A DNA stretch of 26,935 nucleotides from Holosporales bacterium. GTDB lineage: Bacteria; Pseudomonadota; Alphaproteobacteria; BNTO01. Position 1 is the first letter of the stretch, and each line of letters begins with the position of its first letter. The notes beneath the pieces were generated by a model. That model was not told where the DNA came from. It saw nothing but the letters and a program-made list of their open reading frames with translations, and made no database searches. The translations under genes and the position numbers were made by a program. The stretch is from the NCBI GenBank assembly GCA_031290075.1, contig JAITOG010000033.1, positions 1-26,935 of the forward strand, written 5' to 3'. Of the stretch, positions 25,427 through 26,935 are shown in pieces.

Positions 25427-26269
25427 AGTTTTTAGGGGGAACAGAAGAATTTGGTTACTGTTAAAAAATATTTGGTTTAAATTGTTGTTTTGATAGAATC
25501 ATATATTGATTTTATTATGAAATAAATTCGCATATGGATTCAACACGTCGTTATCGTGAAAATATATTAGTGGGAAAGCCGGCCAATAGGAATTCTTTGC
25601 CTAAAAGTATAATTTTAAAAAAAATAGGAAAATGGGGAATTATTGTTAGTTTTGCACTAATTGCATTTTATTTTTTATTTTTTTAAAGTAAAATTATTTT
25701 AATATAAAAGAATAAATACTATTATAATAAATTGTATAAAAATATATCATAAACAAAAAATGCTTTTTAAAAATACATAATACCTTATTGACTTTAAATA
25801 GGCGGAATTCCTAATAAAAAGGCAATAGGATATTGGTACCATTTTCGTTTTTTTTGAAGATGGTTTGGAGAAATTTAGATAATGTTATTTTCAGATTATT
25901 TTTTTCAGAGCTTCTTATCTGAAAAAACTTTTTCCCCTTAGATTTTATTTTTATCTGAAAAAAAAATTCTTAAGAATTTTTTTCTATCTGAAAACTTTTT
26001 TAAATTTTAACTTTTTCATTTTTTTCCCCCTTTAAACACTCATATATATTATTGTTTATGACTATGAAATATGACTGAACCCAAACAAAACCTAAAATAA
26101 ATAAAACAAAAACCTAAAACCGAAACACAAAACGAGCAATAAATAAAATGCAGGGCGCCCTAACACACAAGGTGTATGAGCATAAATTTTCAAGCTTGAA
26201 CTGCTCAACTTCTAAAGAAGCCACAAAGAATTAGCGAATGTTATGTCATGATTAATCCCCCTATAAAAA

Positions 26270-26460
26270 TAAGAAGCTGTCTTTATGGATTATTTTAACT
26301 GGTTTTTTTACGTCAAATCCGGTGCTTGAATCCTCACGGGGTTTGGGGAAAATCATAGATTTCCCCCAATGCCCCTCACGTACGTCAAAGTACGCTCCGG
26401 TTCTGCGCTCCGTTTTTCCTTAAAAACCCTGAGTTTAAATATCCATGACAACAAGCTCTA
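26270..26460. repeat. Palindromic element type A2, second full copy with a degenerate right arm
   Basis: taagaagctgtctttatggattattttaa...cccctcacgtacgtcaaagtacgctccggttctgcgctccgtttttccttaaaaaccct...aaatatccatga, matching 3138..3312. Confidence 0.88.
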
Positions 26461-26851
26461 AAATCCCTAAACCGAATAACGTTATTAGCGAGCCAAAGAA
26501 ACTGTGTCCAGACAACGAATCGCAATTTCCCTCACTAATTTCATGATCCTCCTTTTAAGTAATAGATTCAATAATTAAAATAGCCCATACAGAAAAAATA
26601 TTTTTTTTATAAGGTATTATTTATATTTTTAATAAAATGCAATATACTTATCAAGTAAAACTGGGGGATTCAAGAGATCATTATGTTTTTGAGATTTTTA
26701 AAATATATAAAATTTTAGATAAATACTTACGAACTACACATCTTACTCTTGACTTTTTAAAAAAAATTCCATTTTTACTTGAAATGTAAAAAAACATCAT
26801 TATATATACTATATGTAATTGTTTGTTTAATTATTTTAAAGGAGATATAAA

Positions 26852-26935
26852 ATGAAAAGATTTTATAAAACTATGCTGTTACTTGTTGTTGGAGTGAACA
26901 TCTTCACCTACGAGACAGCTAATACAATGATGGCG
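26852..26935 (+). CDS. 5' end of a hypothetical protein with a signal-peptide-like N-terminus (runs off the window)
   Basis: AAGGAG RBS at 26839-26844, then MKRFYKTMLLLVVGVNIFTYETANTMMA... open to the window edge. Confidence 0.7.
   Translation, partial: MKRFYKTMLLLVVGVNIFTYETANTMMA

Noticed and set aside
26081-26148. A/C-rich stretch with short repeats (aaacaaaacctaaaa, aataaataaaa)
   Set aside because: Low-complexity AT-rich sequence with no regular period or recognisable structure.

Overview
AT-rich (roughly 30% GC by eye) window from a reduced alphaproteobacterial genome, most consistent with a Holosporales/Rickettsiales-like endosymbiont. That placement is inferred from TrcR/DUF1013, a DUF465 protein ending PDIIA, Rickettsia-like palindromic elements and scattered T6SS genes. 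Housekeeping genes: acs, sixA, dprA, phaC, an FtsN-like SPOR protein, rpmG, a stand-alone 5'-3' exonuclease, hisS, prfB, rnhA, a divergent prs, dapB, potA/potB-like genes, trcR and three tRNAs (Leu-CAG, Ser-GCT, Thr-GGT). Dispersed secretion genes: a GspE/PilB ATPase, tssE and vgrG. The main unexplained structure is a dense set of about 14 small palindromic or MITE-like elements in at least five types. One RPE-like element sits in frame inside the SPOR protein. A 95-bp element gives the same C-terminal tail (Y..KECGF*) to two unrelated proteins. A 144-bp MITE has an intact 9-bp target duplication. Separately, prfB lacks the canonical +1 frameshift and instead has an in-frame TGA-CTA near its 5' end, a candidate for RF2 autoregulation by stop-codon readthrough. 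tssE overlaps a degenerate prs by an ATGA. No CRISPR array or intact transposase is visible.
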